Shown: positions 51,841 through 62,100, counted from the stretch's first letter. The stretch: 64,000 bases of DNA from Gemmatimonas sp. (GCA_965279375.1 OZ257156.1:4960001-5024000); one strand, 5' to 3'. Notes: generated by a model not told the origin, from the sequence alone. Translations and numbers: made by a program.

Positions 51841-53118
51841 TTACGCTCCCGGTTTGACAGCAGGCGACGGATCGTTAGGCACGACGATCTCCTCGCCCGC
51901 GCGCAGGCCGCTGGTGATCTCCACCAAACCTCCCACCGCTTCACCCACACGCACCCACCGACGCTCATCGCGTGTTGAGCCGCGCACGATCACTCCGGTC
52001 AGATCACCCTCGTGCACCAGTGCTGATGCAGGCACCAGCAGACCCTTCCGCTGCGCCCCTGGAATCGCGACGGAGGCCGCGCTCCCCGAACGCAGATGAG
52101 CGGCGACATTTGGCTTGCTCGTGTTGGGAACGATGACGTTGACCACGAAGAGGTTTCCCGCCCCTCCGGCAACGATTCCTTCCACCCTTCCATCGACACG
52201 GGCACCATCGACCGTCACCGACAGCCGCTGACCGCGCGTCAGCGCGTTGGCGATATCTGCGGCGACAGTCACCCGGACTCGCAGTGACGACTCATCGTCG
52301 ATCGTGAGCAGCGGAGCTCCGGGCGCTGCGAACGCGCCGACATCCACCATCCGGCTCGAGACAACGCCAGAGAAGGGCGCACGGACCGTCGCATAGCTGC
52401 TCATTGCTTCCACTTCACTCGCGCCGGCGCGTGCCGCAGCCACTGCTGCCGTCGCTCGCGCCAGCCCCGTTGCGGCCGCGTCGTACTGCGCGCGCGTGGC
52501 TGCGCTGTCTGCATACAAGGCGCGAAATCTCGCGGCCTGCACCGATGCGTCCTGCTGCGTCGCCTCGGCGTCCGCGATGGATGCGGCCACTTGTGCGCGC
52601 TTGGCGCTGAGCTCGCGCGCATCGATCTGCAACAGCGCTTGTCCCGCGCGCACCGACTCGCCTTCGCGCACTGAGACGGCAGTTACCGTGCCCATGAGCT
52701 TTGTACTGAGCGTCGCGTGCTGCATCGGCTCAGCGACGCCAGAGACGATCGTTGCCGCCGTGTACGAAGTGTCCGCAACCCGGCGCACAGTGCCCGACAC
52801 TCGGGCAGCGGCACCGTCTGCCGCAGCACCGGCCGCTTCGCCTGCAGCGGCCGAGTCCTCCTTTCCGCACGCGGCCCCGGCGAGCACTGTTGGCGCGAGC
52901 AGCATGAATGCCAGGCGTCGTGTAGCAGCGCGCGTGATGCCGCGCCCGCTCGTGCGATCGGCTTTCGGATCGGTCGTCATCATGGAGTTCATCTCGGACG
53001 TCGCGTGGAAGCTCGCTTCGGAATGCATCGTGGAGTCCATCTTGGGTTGTCTTTCGGACTCGTTGGAGGCGTCCGCTGCGACCTTGGTGCCGTTGTTCGG
53101 CTCGGCGTTCCCTTTCAT
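51841..53118 (-). CDS. RND periplasmic adaptor (membrane fusion protein)
   Basis: G.V..V.VREGESV..GQ.L, VRAPFSGVV, VEITSGLRAGE; ATGA overlap with the OMF gene (true start may be further downstream). Confidence 0.92.
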   Translation of the reverse strand: MKGNAEPNNGTKVAADASNESERQPKMDSTMHSEASFHATSEMNSMMTTDPKADRTSGRGITRAATRRLAFMLLAPTVLAGAACGKEDSAAAGEAAGAAADGAAARVSGTVRRVADTSYTAATIVSGVAEPMQHATLSTKLMGTVTAVSVREGESVRAGQALLQIDARELSAKRAQVAASIADAEATQQDASVQAARFRALYADSAATRAQYDAAATGLARATAAVAAARAGASEVEAMSSYATVRAPFSGVVSSRMVDVGAFAAPGAPLLTIDDESSLRVRVTVAADIANALTRGQRLSVTVDGARVDGRVEGIVAGGAGNLFVVNVIVPNTSKPNVAAHLRSGSAASVAIPGAQRKGLLVPASALVHEGDLTGVIVRGSTRDERRWVRVGEAVGGLVEITSGLRAGEEIVVPNDPSPAVKPGA

Positions 53119-54665
53119 TGCTCGCTTCCTGGTGGTGTTACGCTGGCGGCACGCGCACGCGCGTCTGCGTCGAGGTTCGCGAGCGCCGATGGATCCTCGC
53201 CCAGGGCGCGGCGATACGAGGCGAGCGCGTCGATGACGGCGAAGCGTGCAGCCGATCGCGAGAGCGATGCGCTCGTCGCCGCCGCCTCTGCGCCCAGCAG
53301 TTCGGCAACGGTGGCCAACCCACCGGAGTAGCGCTTCTGCACGAGCCGATGCGCCTCTCGGCTCTGCGCCTCCGATTCGGCGGCAAGCGTCAGTCGCTGC
53401 ACCGCGACATCCACGGCGCGTCGCGCCATGTTCGCCTCCAACGCGCCACGCGCCACGGAGGCTTGTACGCCTGCGCGAGCACCGTCGGCGCGTGCGCTGG
53501 CCCCCGACACGTCGGCAAGTTCACGATTGCCGCCAAAGAGCGACCAGGACGCCATCACGCCCACCGTCCAGTTTGGACGGCCGGCAAAGAGCGCGTTGGC
53601 AGAATTCCAGTCGTACCGCGCGAAGCTGTTCAGTCGAGGGAGGAGCGTGCTCCCCCCGCGAAGCAGATCCGCATCGGCGGCCTTGAGACCGGCACGCGCG
53701 GCGCGTACGTCTGCTCGCTCGGATGCACGATCGACGTCGCCGGTCAAGGCGCTGTTCGAATCGCCGCGACCCTCGTGAGCAATCGCACTCGCGTACGCCA
53801 ACACCAACGAATCAGCCGGCAGCTCGTTAGGCAGCTCGCTGGGCAGCGACGCGACGGATGGCGGTGATCGGCCGAGCAGCAGCGTCAGCTGCTCCCGTGC
53901 CGTGACAACGTCAGTGCGCGCGGCCAGCAGCTGACCGGACAGGTCGAGCGTGCGCACGTTGGCCTGCAACGCGTCCGCCTTCGTCACGAGCCCCTGCGTC
54001 ATCATGGCGCGCACTTGCCGCGTCGCCTCTGTCGCGGCGCGCTCCGCCGACTCGAGCGTGGTCACCTTCTCTGCGGCGAGTACCGCCCCGTAATAGGCGC
54101 GGATGACGTCCGCGCGAAGCGAGCGCGCGGTCCACTCCGCGGACGCACCGCTGGCTTCAGCCGCAGCGCGGGCCGCGCGCAGGCCAAGCCAGGCATCGCT
54201 GTTGAGCAGGGGCAGCTCGACGACCACCCCGCCCTGCACGTTGGTGATGGCGGCGGGCGCGTTCAAACGTGCCGGGTCAAAGGCCGCCGGCGTGACCGCG
54301 CGTTGGCGCAGCGTCGTCCCGAAGGCGCCGATCGGATCCGTGGTGCGAAGCACGCCGCTCTCCACACGCACCGCCGGAAGAATCGCCTGCAAGGGCAGTC
54401 GCGCCCGTGCGCGGTCAGCGCTGGTGGCAGACGCGGCGATGCGGTTGGCGAACCCATGTGCGTCTGCCTCGCGCAGTGCTTCAGCCAGCGAGAGCGTCGC
54501 CAAGCTCGTGGTTGTCGACGCTGCAGAGGACGACGCGGAGGTTGGCGCGGTCGATGCCGTCTGTGCGCCCGCGCGAGTGGCCATGGCCAACCCGGCGACC
54601 CAGACCGCACCCGCGCTGCCACGGCGAACCCGTCCAGCCCAGGTCTGATGTGTTGTTGTACGCAT
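53115..54665 (-). CDS. TolC-family outer-membrane factor
   Basis: Signal peptide; LSLAEAL, LP.V, AYY, GL.TK.D.L, W..G...SW.LF.G, RY..GLAT..ELL.AE. Confidence 0.92.
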   Translation of the reverse strand: MRTTTHQTWAGRVRRGSAGAVWVAGLAMATRAGAQTASTAPTSASSSAASTTTSLATLSLAEALREADAHGFANRIAASATSADRARARLPLQAILPAVRVESGVLRTTDPIGAFGTTLRQRAVTPAAFDPARLNAPAAITNVQGGVVVELPLLNSDAWLGLRAARAAAEASGASAEWTARSLRADVIRAYYGAVLAAEKVTTLESAERAATEATRQVRAMMTQGLVTKADALQANVRTLDLSGQLLAARTDVVTAREQLTLLLGRSPPSVASLPSELPNELPADSLVLAYASAIAHEGRGDSNSALTGDVDRASERADVRAARAGLKAADADLLRGGSTLLPRLNSFARYDWNSANALFAGRPNWTVGVMASWSLFGGNRELADVSGASARADGARAGVQASVARGALEANMARRAVDVAVQRLTLAAESEAQSREAHRLVQKRYSGGLATVAELLGAEAAATSASLSRSAARFAVIDALASYRRALGEDPSALANLDADARARAASVTPPGSEQ

Positions 54666-54667
54666 AT

Positions 54668-54703
54668 GCACATATATCTATGTGCGAATATATTGAAAGT
54701 CAA
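54668..54703 (-). promoter_or_regulatory. Sigma70-like promoter with overlapping inverted-repeat operator
   Basis: Minus-strand TTGACT (54703-54698), 17 nt, TAGATA; perfect inverted repeat GCACATA-TATC-TATGTGC (54668-54685), 3 nt from ATG 54665. Confidence 0.65.
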
Positions 54704-54960
54704 CCGCCACACCGCCGGACATCAGGGTGCGGCATCTGCGCGGCCTGATCGGCCGGTCGCGATCTGCGTGTCGCCGTCCGCCCGTCGCGGTCCGGCGGTC
54801 GCTGTGCGCCTACGAGGGACCGCACGATTCGATCCACCTCAATCACCGACGGCGGACTCGCCTGCTCCGGAGGCCATGGCCCCGGGGGGAACGGACGCCC
54901 GATCCAGCCTTGGCAGGACCGGCAACCGCACGCCAGCTTTGAGGGGTCCTCTCACCCACC

Positions 54961-57207
54961 ATGCCGATGATGCACCGCCTCTCCGCGCTGCCGCGCGTGT
55001 GCTCCTTCGCGATCCCGGTCGCGCAGCTCGCCGCCTCGCTGCTTGCCGCGCCTCCGCTCGTCGCCCAGCAGCGCACGCTGACCGCCAGCGACTACGGCCG
55101 CGCTGAGCAGTTCCTCGCCGCGAGTGCCAACCCGCTCGTTTCCCGCACCGCGACGCCGCCGACGTGGCTGGATGGCGACCGCTTCTGGTATCGCGTTCGG
55201 TTGGCCGATGGTACCTCACCGATGGTGCTTGTCGACCCGGCAAAGGCGCTGCGTACCGAGTGCAGCACCAATGCCGCGGCCTGTTCGGCCCTGGTCCCCG
55301 CCAACGCGGGCGCGACGGCCGCACCGCGTCGCCGCGGCGGTCGCACACCCGAATCGCCGTCACCGGACGGCAAAAAGGCCGCGTTCATCCGCGACTGGAA
55401 CCTCTGGGTGCGCGACGTCGCCACGAACACCGAGTCGCAGCTCACCACCGACGGCATCAAGGATTTTGGCTACGCGACGGACAACGCCGGTTGGGTGCAC
55501 TCCGATCGCGCACTGCTGACCTGGTCGCCCGACTCGAAGAAGATCGCGACCTTCCAGCAGGACCAACGTGGCGTGGGCGAGATGTATCTCGTACGCACCA
55601 ACGCCGGCCATCCGCAGCTCAGCGCGTGGAAGTACCCGCTGCCCGGCGACAGCGTCGTCTCGATGATCCATCGCGTCATCATCGATCTCTCCGGCAGCGC
55701 ACCCAAGGTCGTTCGTCTGTCCATGGGACCCGATCAGCACCGCTCCACCGTGTGCGACCACATCTCCTGCAACGATGGGGAATTCGCCGACGTGGAGTGG
55801 TTCCCCGACGGGTCGCAGTTGGCGTTCGTGTCGTCGTCACGCGACCACAAGATCGCCACGCTGCGTGTCGCCGATGCTGCGACAGGCGTGGTGCGCGACG
55901 TGCTGCGCGAAGAAGTGAAGACGCAGTTCGAATCGGGCGACAACGTCCCCAACTGGCGCGTGCTCCCGGCCACCAACGAAGTGCTCTGGTTCTCCGAGCG
56001 CGACGACTGGGGCCAGCTCTATCTCTATGACCTCACTACCGGCGCGCTCAAGCGTCAGATCACGACGGGCGTCGGCAACCTCACGTCCATCGCGCGCCTC
56101 GACCTCAAGACGCGGCAGCTGTGGTTCGTGGGCGTCGGCAAGGAGCCGTCGCACGATCCGTACTTCAAGCATCTCTATCGCATTGGCCTCGACGGCAAGG
56201 GGCTCACGCTCCTCACTCCTGAAGACGGCGATCACAACGTCACGCTGTCGCCGTCAGGCAAGTATCTGGTGGACAGCTGGTCTCGCCCTGATCTCGCCCC
56301 CACGGTCATGCTGCGCGACGCTACCAGCGGCAAGCTGATTCTGACGCTCGAGAAGGCAGACGTCAGCAAGCTCGTCGCGACGGGCTGGAAGCCGCCGACG
56401 CGCATCACCGTGAAGGCGCGCGATGGCAAGACGGATCTCTACGGGCTGATGTTCACCCCGACCACGCTCGACTCCACCAAGAAGTACCCGATCATCAACT
56501 ACATCTACCCGGGTCCGCAGGTGGGCAGCGTCGGCAACCGCAGCTTTGGCGCCGCACGCAGCGATCATCAGGCGCTGGCCGAACTGGGTTTCGTCGTGGT
56601 CGCCATCGATGGCATGGGCACACCGTTGCGCTCCAAGTCATTCCATGACGCCTACTACGGCCGCATGGGCGACAACACGCTTCCCGATCAGGTCGCGGGG
56701 ATGAAGGAGTTGGCGCAGCGCTATCGCTTCATCGATATCGACAAGGTCGGCATCTGGGGCCACTCGGGCGGTGGCTTCGCGACGGCGGGGGCGATGTTCC
56801 GCTATCCGGACTTCTTCAAGGTCGGTATCAGCGAGTCGGGCAATCACGACAATCGCGTCTACGAAGACGACTGGGGCGAGCGCTATCACGCGCTGCTCAC
56901 ACGTGGCCCCAATGGCACGGACAACTACGACGCGGAAGCCAATCAGGCGCTGGCCAAGAACCTCAAGGGCAAGCTGTTGCTGGCGCATGGTACGATGGAC
57001 GACAACGTCCCGCCGGACAACACGCTCCTCGTCGTCGATGCGCTGATCAAGGCCGGCAAGGACTTCGACCTGCTCATGATCCCCAACGCGGCGCACGGCT
57101 ATGCCGCAGCCTCCGCCTACATGATGCGCCGTCGCTGGGATTACTTCGTCACGAACCTCCTCGGCGCGATTCCGCCCAAGGACTACATCATCGGACGCCG
57201 CCAGTAA
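54961..57207 (+). CDS. S9B dipeptidyl-peptidase IV family
   Basis: DPPIV_N propeller; IYPGPQ; GIWGHSGGG; HGTMDDNV; HGY; signal peptide. Confidence 0.95.
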   Translation: MPMMHRLSALPRVCSFAIPVAQLAASLLAAPPLVAQQRTLTASDYGRAEQFLAASANPLVSRTATPPTWLDGDRFWYRVRLADGTSPMVLVDPAKALRTECSTNAAACSALVPANAGATAAPRRRGGRTPESPSPDGKKAAFIRDWNLWVRDVATNTESQLTTDGIKDFGYATDNAGWVHSDRALLTWSPDSKKIATFQQDQRGVGEMYLVRTNAGHPQLSAWKYPLPGDSVVSMIHRVIIDLSGSAPKVVRLSMGPDQHRSTVCDHISCNDGEFADVEWFPDGSQLAFVSSSRDHKIATLRVADAATGVVRDVLREEVKTQFESGDNVPNWRVLPATNEVLWFSERDDWGQLYLYDLTTGALKRQITTGVGNLTSIARLDLKTRQLWFVGVGKEPSHDPYFKHLYRIGLDGKGLTLLTPEDGDHNVTLSPSGKYLVDSWSRPDLAPTVMLRDATSGKLILTLEKADVSKLVATGWKPPTRITVKARDGKTDLYGLMFTPTTLDSTKKYPIINYIYPGPQVGSVGNRSFGAARSDHQALAELGFVVVAIDGMGTPLRSKSFHDAYYGRMGDNTLPDQVAGMKELAQRYRFIDIDKVGIWGHSGGGFATAGAMFRYPDFFKVGISESGNHDNRVYEDDWGERYHALLTRGPNGTDNYDAEANQALAKNLKGKLLLAHGTMDDNVPPDNTLLVVDALIKAGKDFDLLMIPNAAHGYAAASAYMMRRRWDYFVTNLLGAIPPKDYIIGRRQ

Positions 57208-57246
57208 GGCTCAGCAGGGCGGCGCCCGCAACCGTGTGTTAGGCGC

Positions 57247-58035
57247 TCATTCGAAGGAAAGCTGCACGCCGGTCGTCACGAACCGATCGGTCTTCTTGAA
57301 GCCGACTTCCGGCAGATTGTCGTAGCGCAAGACGTACCCCGCCTTCAAGGACAAGCGCTTGGAGAGCGGGGCGACGACTGAGGACTCCGTGTTCACACGC
57401 CAGTCCTCGCTCACGTCGAGATTGGGAATCGACTCGACCGTCTGCAGAAAGAACGCGCTCGGCGAGAACCCGTGCTTGTACCACAGCGCGCCGCGGGCGG
57501 CCGGATAGTTGTTCGTGAGTCCATCCGTGCCGCGCTGCTGGGTCATCGAGCCACCGGTTTCGATGCGCAGCGTGTCCGATTTCGCATTCAGCACGCGAAA
57601 GAGCAGGCCGAGGTACTCCTCGGTGCGCTGCGCGATACCGGCAAAGCGATTGCGGTCGTACATGACGCCCGTCGCCAGACTGATGGAAGGCCGCAGCGCG
57701 TACCACGCCCCCACCGACGCGCGCAACAGGTTGGTGTTCTCCTTGCCGGCGTTCTGTCCATACACCGTGTTGAATGCCTGCTCGAAGCGCCAGAACCCTG
57801 AGGTGTGCGTGACCTTCTCCGACGCACTGACCGTCGTGACTTCCGTGTTGCCGGTGGTATTCAGGAATCCGAGATCAGCGACGAACGCCGTCTTCGCCTT
57901 CGCGGGCTGCTGCGGCGCCGCGACCGGCACACGCGTGCGCTCGGTCGGCGACGGTTGCGCCGCCAGCGAAGCGTCTGGAACCATCATCATCACCAACGCC
58001 GACAGCGCCGCCGGCGCAAATACACCACATCGCAT
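57247..58035 (-). CDS. DUF481 (YdiY-like) outer-membrane beta-barrel
   Basis: G..NTTGNT, DRNRFAGI, LSLKAGY..RYDN.P..G.KKTD, terminal LSFE. Start uncertain. Confidence 0.85.
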   Translation of the reverse strand: MRCGVFAPAALSALVMMMVPDASLAAQPSPTERTRVPVAAPQQPAKAKTAFVADLGFLNTTGNTEVTTVSASEKVTHTSGFWRFEQAFNTVYGQNAGKENTNLLRASVGAWYALRPSISLATGVMYDRNRFAGIAQRTEEYLGLLFRVLNAKSDTLRIETGGSMTQQRGTDGLTNNYPAARGALWYKHGFSPSAFFLQTVESIPNLDVSEDWRVNTESSVVAPLSKRLSLKAGYVLRYDNLPEVGFKKTDRFVTTGVQLSFE

Positions 58036-58183
58036 CGCAACTCCTTGCGTGATCGAGGGAAAGGGAAACCGCACGTACATCAGCTAACGAGCGCCCGTGT
58101 ATCGCGAACGATGAGGGATTCATGAGCACGAGATTACGAATCAGTTAATGGTGTCACCGGAGCGCCTCTTGGCGTAACCCACA

Positions 58184-58212
58184 TGCAACCGGTCCCGTAC
58201 AGCCGGTGTCAA
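58184..58212 (+). promoter_or_regulatory. Candidate ECF-sigma promoter
   Basis: TGCAAC (58184-58189), 17-nt spacer, TGTCAA (58207-58212); same layout as the site at 16873. Confidence 0.45.
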
Positions 58213-58248
58213 AAGGACGGCCGTCGCTTCCCTCCCCGCCCCTTCCAA

Positions 58249-59601
58249 ATGTCAATGTCCCGTTCCTCCCTCACGGTGCGCGCGCTCACACTCGCCCTCC
58301 TATGCGCACCGTTCGCATCACAGCGCAGCGACGCACAGCCGCCCAAGCCGCCCGACACTCCGGCCGCTTCGCCGGATACGTCGCAGGCCGGCGCGATCCG
58401 CGCCTACATGGACTGTCAGAGCAGCCGCTGCGACTACGACTTCATGCGCGACCAGATCCGTTGGGTCAACTGGGTGCGCGATCGACTCTTCGCCGATGTG
58501 CAACTGCTCGTGACCTCACTGCGCACCGGCTCTGGCGGCTCGGAATACACCATCACGGCGATCGGCGTCGACAAGTTCAAGGGGCGGGCCGACACGGCGG
58601 TCGTGTTCATCAACCCCAACGACGCTGACGACGTCGCCCGACGCAGCCTCGCCCGCACCTTTTCGCTGCTGCTGGCGCCATATGCCGCGAAAACCCCGCT
58701 CGCTTCACGGCTATCGCTCAGCTACGCCGCGCCAACAGGCGGCCCCGCGTCGCCCAAATCGGTCAAGGATCGGTGGAATTTCTGGATCTTCCGCGTCTCC
58801 GCCAATGGCTACGCCAGCGGAGAGAAGCAGGCACAGTTTCGCGAGTCCTTCGTGAACGCCTCCGCCAATCGCGTCACGGCCAACTGGAAGATCAACATCG
58901 GCACGAGCCTCGGTTACGACGAGAGCAAGTTCGACTTGGGCGATGAAGGCACATTCGTCAACCTGCAGCGCAACTACGGCGGCAGCATGCTCGCCGTGAA
59001 GAGTCTGGGCGAGCACTGGTCTGCCGGCGCGAGTGCCAATGCCTCCTACTCGGACTACTACAATCAGCAGCTCAATTCACGCTTCGCCGGAGCCGTGGAA
59101 TACAATCTCTTCCCCTACAAGGAATTCACGCGTCGCCAGCTGACGGCCTACTATCAGCTCGGCATGGCATCCTACCGCTATAAAAGCACCACGATCTTCG
59201 GACGCATCGCGGAAAACCGCCCGGTGCACAACGGCACCATCGCCTGGAATGCCCGACAGCCGTGGGGTACGGTCAACGTGAACGTCTTCGGCTCGCAATA
59301 CCTGCATGATCTCGGACGCTACAACTATGGCGCGGGCGGCTTCGTCGACCTGCGCATCACCAAGGGGCTCTCGATCAACCTTGGCGGCAACTACTCGCGC
59401 GTGGCGGATCAGCTCTACCTCAAGCGCGGGGAACTCGACGACACCCAGATCGTCGCGCGGCAGCAGGCGCTGGCCACCAACTATCGCTACTACGCCAACT
59501 TCGGCGTCAGCTACACGTTCGGCTCGATCTTCAATACGGTGGTCAACCCGCGCTTCAATGGCGCACGCGGCGGTGGCGGGCAGATGAGCTTCTCCTTCTA
59601 A
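58249..59601 (+). CDS. Uncharacterised outer-membrane beta-barrel with N-terminal periplasmic domain
   Basis: Signal peptide; DCQSSRCD..VRDR..ADV domain; aromatic-rich amphipathic strands; terminal FSF. Confidence 0.8.
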   Translation: MSMSRSSLTVRALTLALLCAPFASQRSDAQPPKPPDTPAASPDTSQAGAIRAYMDCQSSRCDYDFMRDQIRWVNWVRDRLFADVQLLVTSLRTGSGGSEYTITAIGVDKFKGRADTAVVFINPNDADDVARRSLARTFSLLLAPYAAKTPLASRLSLSYAAPTGGPASPKSVKDRWNFWIFRVSANGYASGEKQAQFRESFVNASANRVTANWKINIGTSLGYDESKFDLGDEGTFVNLQRNYGGSMLAVKSLGEHWSAGASANASYSDYYNQQLNSRFAGAVEYNLFPYKEFTRRQLTAYYQLGMASYRYKSTTIFGRIAENRPVHNGTIAWNARQPWGTVNVNVFGSQYLHDLGRYNYGAGGFVDLRITKGLSINLGGNYSRVADQLYLKRGELDDTQIVARQQALATNYRYYANFGVSYTFGSIFNTVVNPRFNGARGGGGQMSFSF

Positions 59602-59618
59602 CCTCACGCTGCAATGCC

Positions 59619-59647
59619 AAACGGGGACCCACCGTGGGTCCCCGTTT
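59619..59647. terminator. Intrinsic terminator between convergent genes (probably bidirectional)
   Basis: Perfect 13-bp stem AAACGGGGACCCA-CCG-TGGGTCCCCGTTT followed by a pyrimidine tract. Confidence 0.8.
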
Positions 59648-59707
59648 CTCTCTCTGCCTTCCGCATGCGACGCAGCCGCACGAGACACGCGCGGTGCGCG
59701 ACCGCGA

Positions 59708-60523
59708 TCACGACATACGACGACGCCGTGCCGCCACGCCCGCAATGCCGACCATACCAGCGGCGACCAGCGCGACGGAGGCCGGCTCCGGCACGACGTT
59801 CGTGTTGGCAGAGAAGCGCCAGTTTTCGATGTAGGCGGTTTGCGTGCTGAGGCCTGTGCCCGAAACGAAGCCCACATAGACGTTGTTTGGCGTCAGTCCG
59901 CTCATGTCGAATGCCTGCGTCGCCTGATACGCGTCGGCCAGGTTCGACGTCAGCGAGATGTCGATGAGACCGAGGCCGTTGTAGGACAGGTTGACCGTGC
60001 CGGTGACCAGACGCGACGTACCCCAGTTGGCGTGGGCCGTGCTCGTGCCGAAGTTGCCGTTGGTCGCGACGAACAGGTCGTTGTTGTCCCAGCTCCGGAA
60101 TCCAACGGCCGCGCTGTTGGACAACCCGCTCAAACCGATTCCACCGCCACCACCGCCGCTCGCCAGCGGACCCACGCTCTGTAACACGAACGCAAATCCG
60201 TCCGCCTGCGGATCGAAGCCAGCGTACTGCAATCCGAAATCGAAGCGCGTCGTCCAGGGCGTAGACGAGGTGAGCGCCTGCGCGGCAGTCGTGAACGCCG
60301 TGCCGGTCGTGGCGTACTGGCCGTTGGTGAGCACCAATTGGCCACTACCGTTGAGGAACACCTGATTCGTCCCCGTGACCGCGCAGGTGTTCGCGTCATC
60401 GATGCACGCGGCATTGTTGCTCAAGGTCATGGGAAAACCGCCAAACGTCTGCGCAAACAACGCCGAGGGCGTCAACGCAGCGGCAGCGACGAGCAGAGGA
60501 GCCAGAAGACGGGACGTTCGCAT
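59708..60523 (-). CDS. PEP-CTERM surface protein with L-type (legume) lectin-like domain
   Basis: GGAG RBS before ATG 60523; signal peptide; ADGFAFVLQ..GGGGGIG, YVGF.SGTG..I.NW.F; VPEP-TM-RRRR tail. Confidence 0.9.
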   Translation of the reverse strand: MRTSRLLAPLLVAAAALTPSALFAQTFGGFPMTLSNNAACIDDANTCAVTGTNQVFLNGSGQLVLTNGQYATTGTAFTTAAQALTSSTPWTTRFDFGLQYAGFDPQADGFAFVLQSVGPLASGGGGGGIGLSGLSNSAAVGFRSWDNNDLFVATNGNFGTSTAHANWGTSRLVTGTVNLSYNGLGLIDISLTSNLADAYQATQAFDMSGLTPNNVYVGFVSGTGLSTQTAYIENWRFSANTNVVPEPASVALVAAGMVGIAGVAARRRRMS

Positions 60524-60639
60524 GCATCTCTCCGAGGTGGGGTGGAAGGCGGGGCTGTCGCCCCCTCGGAGCAACGGGCGCAAAACGGGACCGAAATGGC
60601 TCACGGCCAGTCGAATCGCAGCGCGCCGCGCGTGCGACC

Positions 60640-62100
60640 TCAGGCGTACGTTCGGAGCTCCACCGGCCGAGGCGTGTCGATCGTCTCCACCCGTAGCTCT
60701 AACGCCGTCACACGGCGGGCAGCGACGTCCGCCGACAAGCGCCGCAGCTGCCGGTAGCCGATCGTCGTGCCCTGGGCCAGTTCGACGGGGGTCCCGCTCA
60801 CAGACACCAGTGCCCACGACGCCACACGCTGGCCCTCCGCAATCGCCTCTCGCAGATCGATCGTGGCAATCGCGGTAGGCGCGGCGAAGCGCAGCGCCAG
60901 TACACCACTCGTCGCACCGGTCACGCGCCAGCGCGTGGTGGCTGGCCGCAGCGCCTTCCCAAAGGTGCGATCGAGCAGTGCACGCATCCCGCGCAGTCGC
61001 GCGACATCCGTCTCATGAAACAGACCGTCGCGCGTAGGGGGCACGTTGAGCAACAGCTTGGAGTTGCGACCGACGCTCGTGAAGAACAGGCCCGCCAGGT
61101 CTTCGTCCGAACGCACGCGCGCATCTTCCGCCGCGTGATAGAACCACCCCGGCCGGATCGACACATCGGTTTCGCCCGGGCGCCACACGCTCCCATCGGC
61201 GTGCCCTTCCTGCAGTGACTTGATGACGTCGTCGCCGCTCGCGCCGATGTACGGCACCGACTCCGGGCGGATCGTGCTCCAATGCGTCTCGCCCGCGACA
61301 CCGCGCTCGTTCCCGATCCAGCGCACATCCGGCCCTGCATCGGAGAACATGATCGCGTTGGGCTGCAGCTTGCGTACGAGCGCCCAGGTGCGAGGCCAGT
61401 CGTAGACCTGCCGTTTGCCGTTCGGCCCCTCGGCATTGGCTCCGTCAAACCACACTTCGTTCAACGCACCGTACCTCGTCAGCAACTCCGTAAGCTGCGC
61501 GATGTACACGTCGTTGTAGCGCGCGGAGTCACCGTACGCCGGATGATTGCGATCCCACGGCGAGCAGTAGAGCCCGGGCTTGAGCCCTTCGGCGCGGCAT
61601 GCATCCACGAACTCACGAACCACGTCGCCCTTACCGTTCTTCCAAGGGCTCGAGGCAACCGAGTGCGTCGTGGTAGCGGTGGGCCACAAGCAGAATCCGT
61701 CGTGATGTTTCGCCGTGAGAATCATCGCCTTGGCGCCAGCGGCCTTGGCGGCGCGCGCCCACTGCCGCGCGTCGAGGCGCGCAGGGTTGAAGATGGACGG
61801 AGACTCGGAGCCATCGCCCCATTCACGATCGGTGAATGTGTTCACGCCAAAGTGCACGAAGATCGCCAACTCATCGCGCTGCCACGCGAGCTGCGCCGCA
61901 CTCGGCGTGGGGCGTGCGGCAGAGCCGTCGCTCCACGCGACACCCGGCCTCCCCATGTGGAGGAGTGCGCTCCCTGCGGCGAGCCGTTGCAGAAAGTTCC
62001 GCCGAGAGAGGCCGTCGGCAGGGACGTGCGCGGCGGGCGTACTGCTGTCAGGGGCCAGCGAGGTCGTGCGGGAAGACGCGCGAGTGGGCAGATTAGGCAT
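60640..62100 (-). CDS. Tat-exported GH29 alpha-L-fucosidase
   Basis: SRRNFL; FVHFG.NTF..EWG, LTAKHHDGFCLW, SPWDR, WFDGA, W.GNE.G, SIRPGWFYH, LLLNVPP. Confidence 0.93.
   Translation of the reverse strand: MPNLPTRASSRTTSLAPDSSTPAAHVPADGLSRRNFLQRLAAGSALLHMGRPGVAWSDGSAARPTPSAAQLAWQRDELAIFVHFGVNTFTDREWGDGSESPSIFNPARLDARQWARAAKAAGAKAMILTAKHHDGFCLWPTATTTHSVASSPWKNGKGDVVREFVDACRAEGLKPGLYCSPWDRNHPAYGDSARYNDVYIAQLTELLTRYGALNEVWFDGANAEGPNGKRQVYDWPRTWALVRKLQPNAIMFSDAGPDVRWIGNERGVAGETHWSTIRPESVPYIGASGDDVIKSLQEGHADGSVWRPGETDVSIRPGWFYHAAEDARVRSDEDLAGLFFTSVGRNSKLLLNVPPTRDGLFHETDVARLRGMRALLDRTFGKALRPATTRWRVTGATSGVLALRFAAPTAIATIDLREAIAEGQRVASWALVSVSGTPVELAQGTTIGYRQLRRLSADVAARRVTALELRVETIDTPRPVELRTYA

Noticed and set aside
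60572..60639. Sigma-54 promoter for the PEP-CTERM gene
   Set aside because: The best GG..GC candidate has a 9-nt spacing instead of the required 10.
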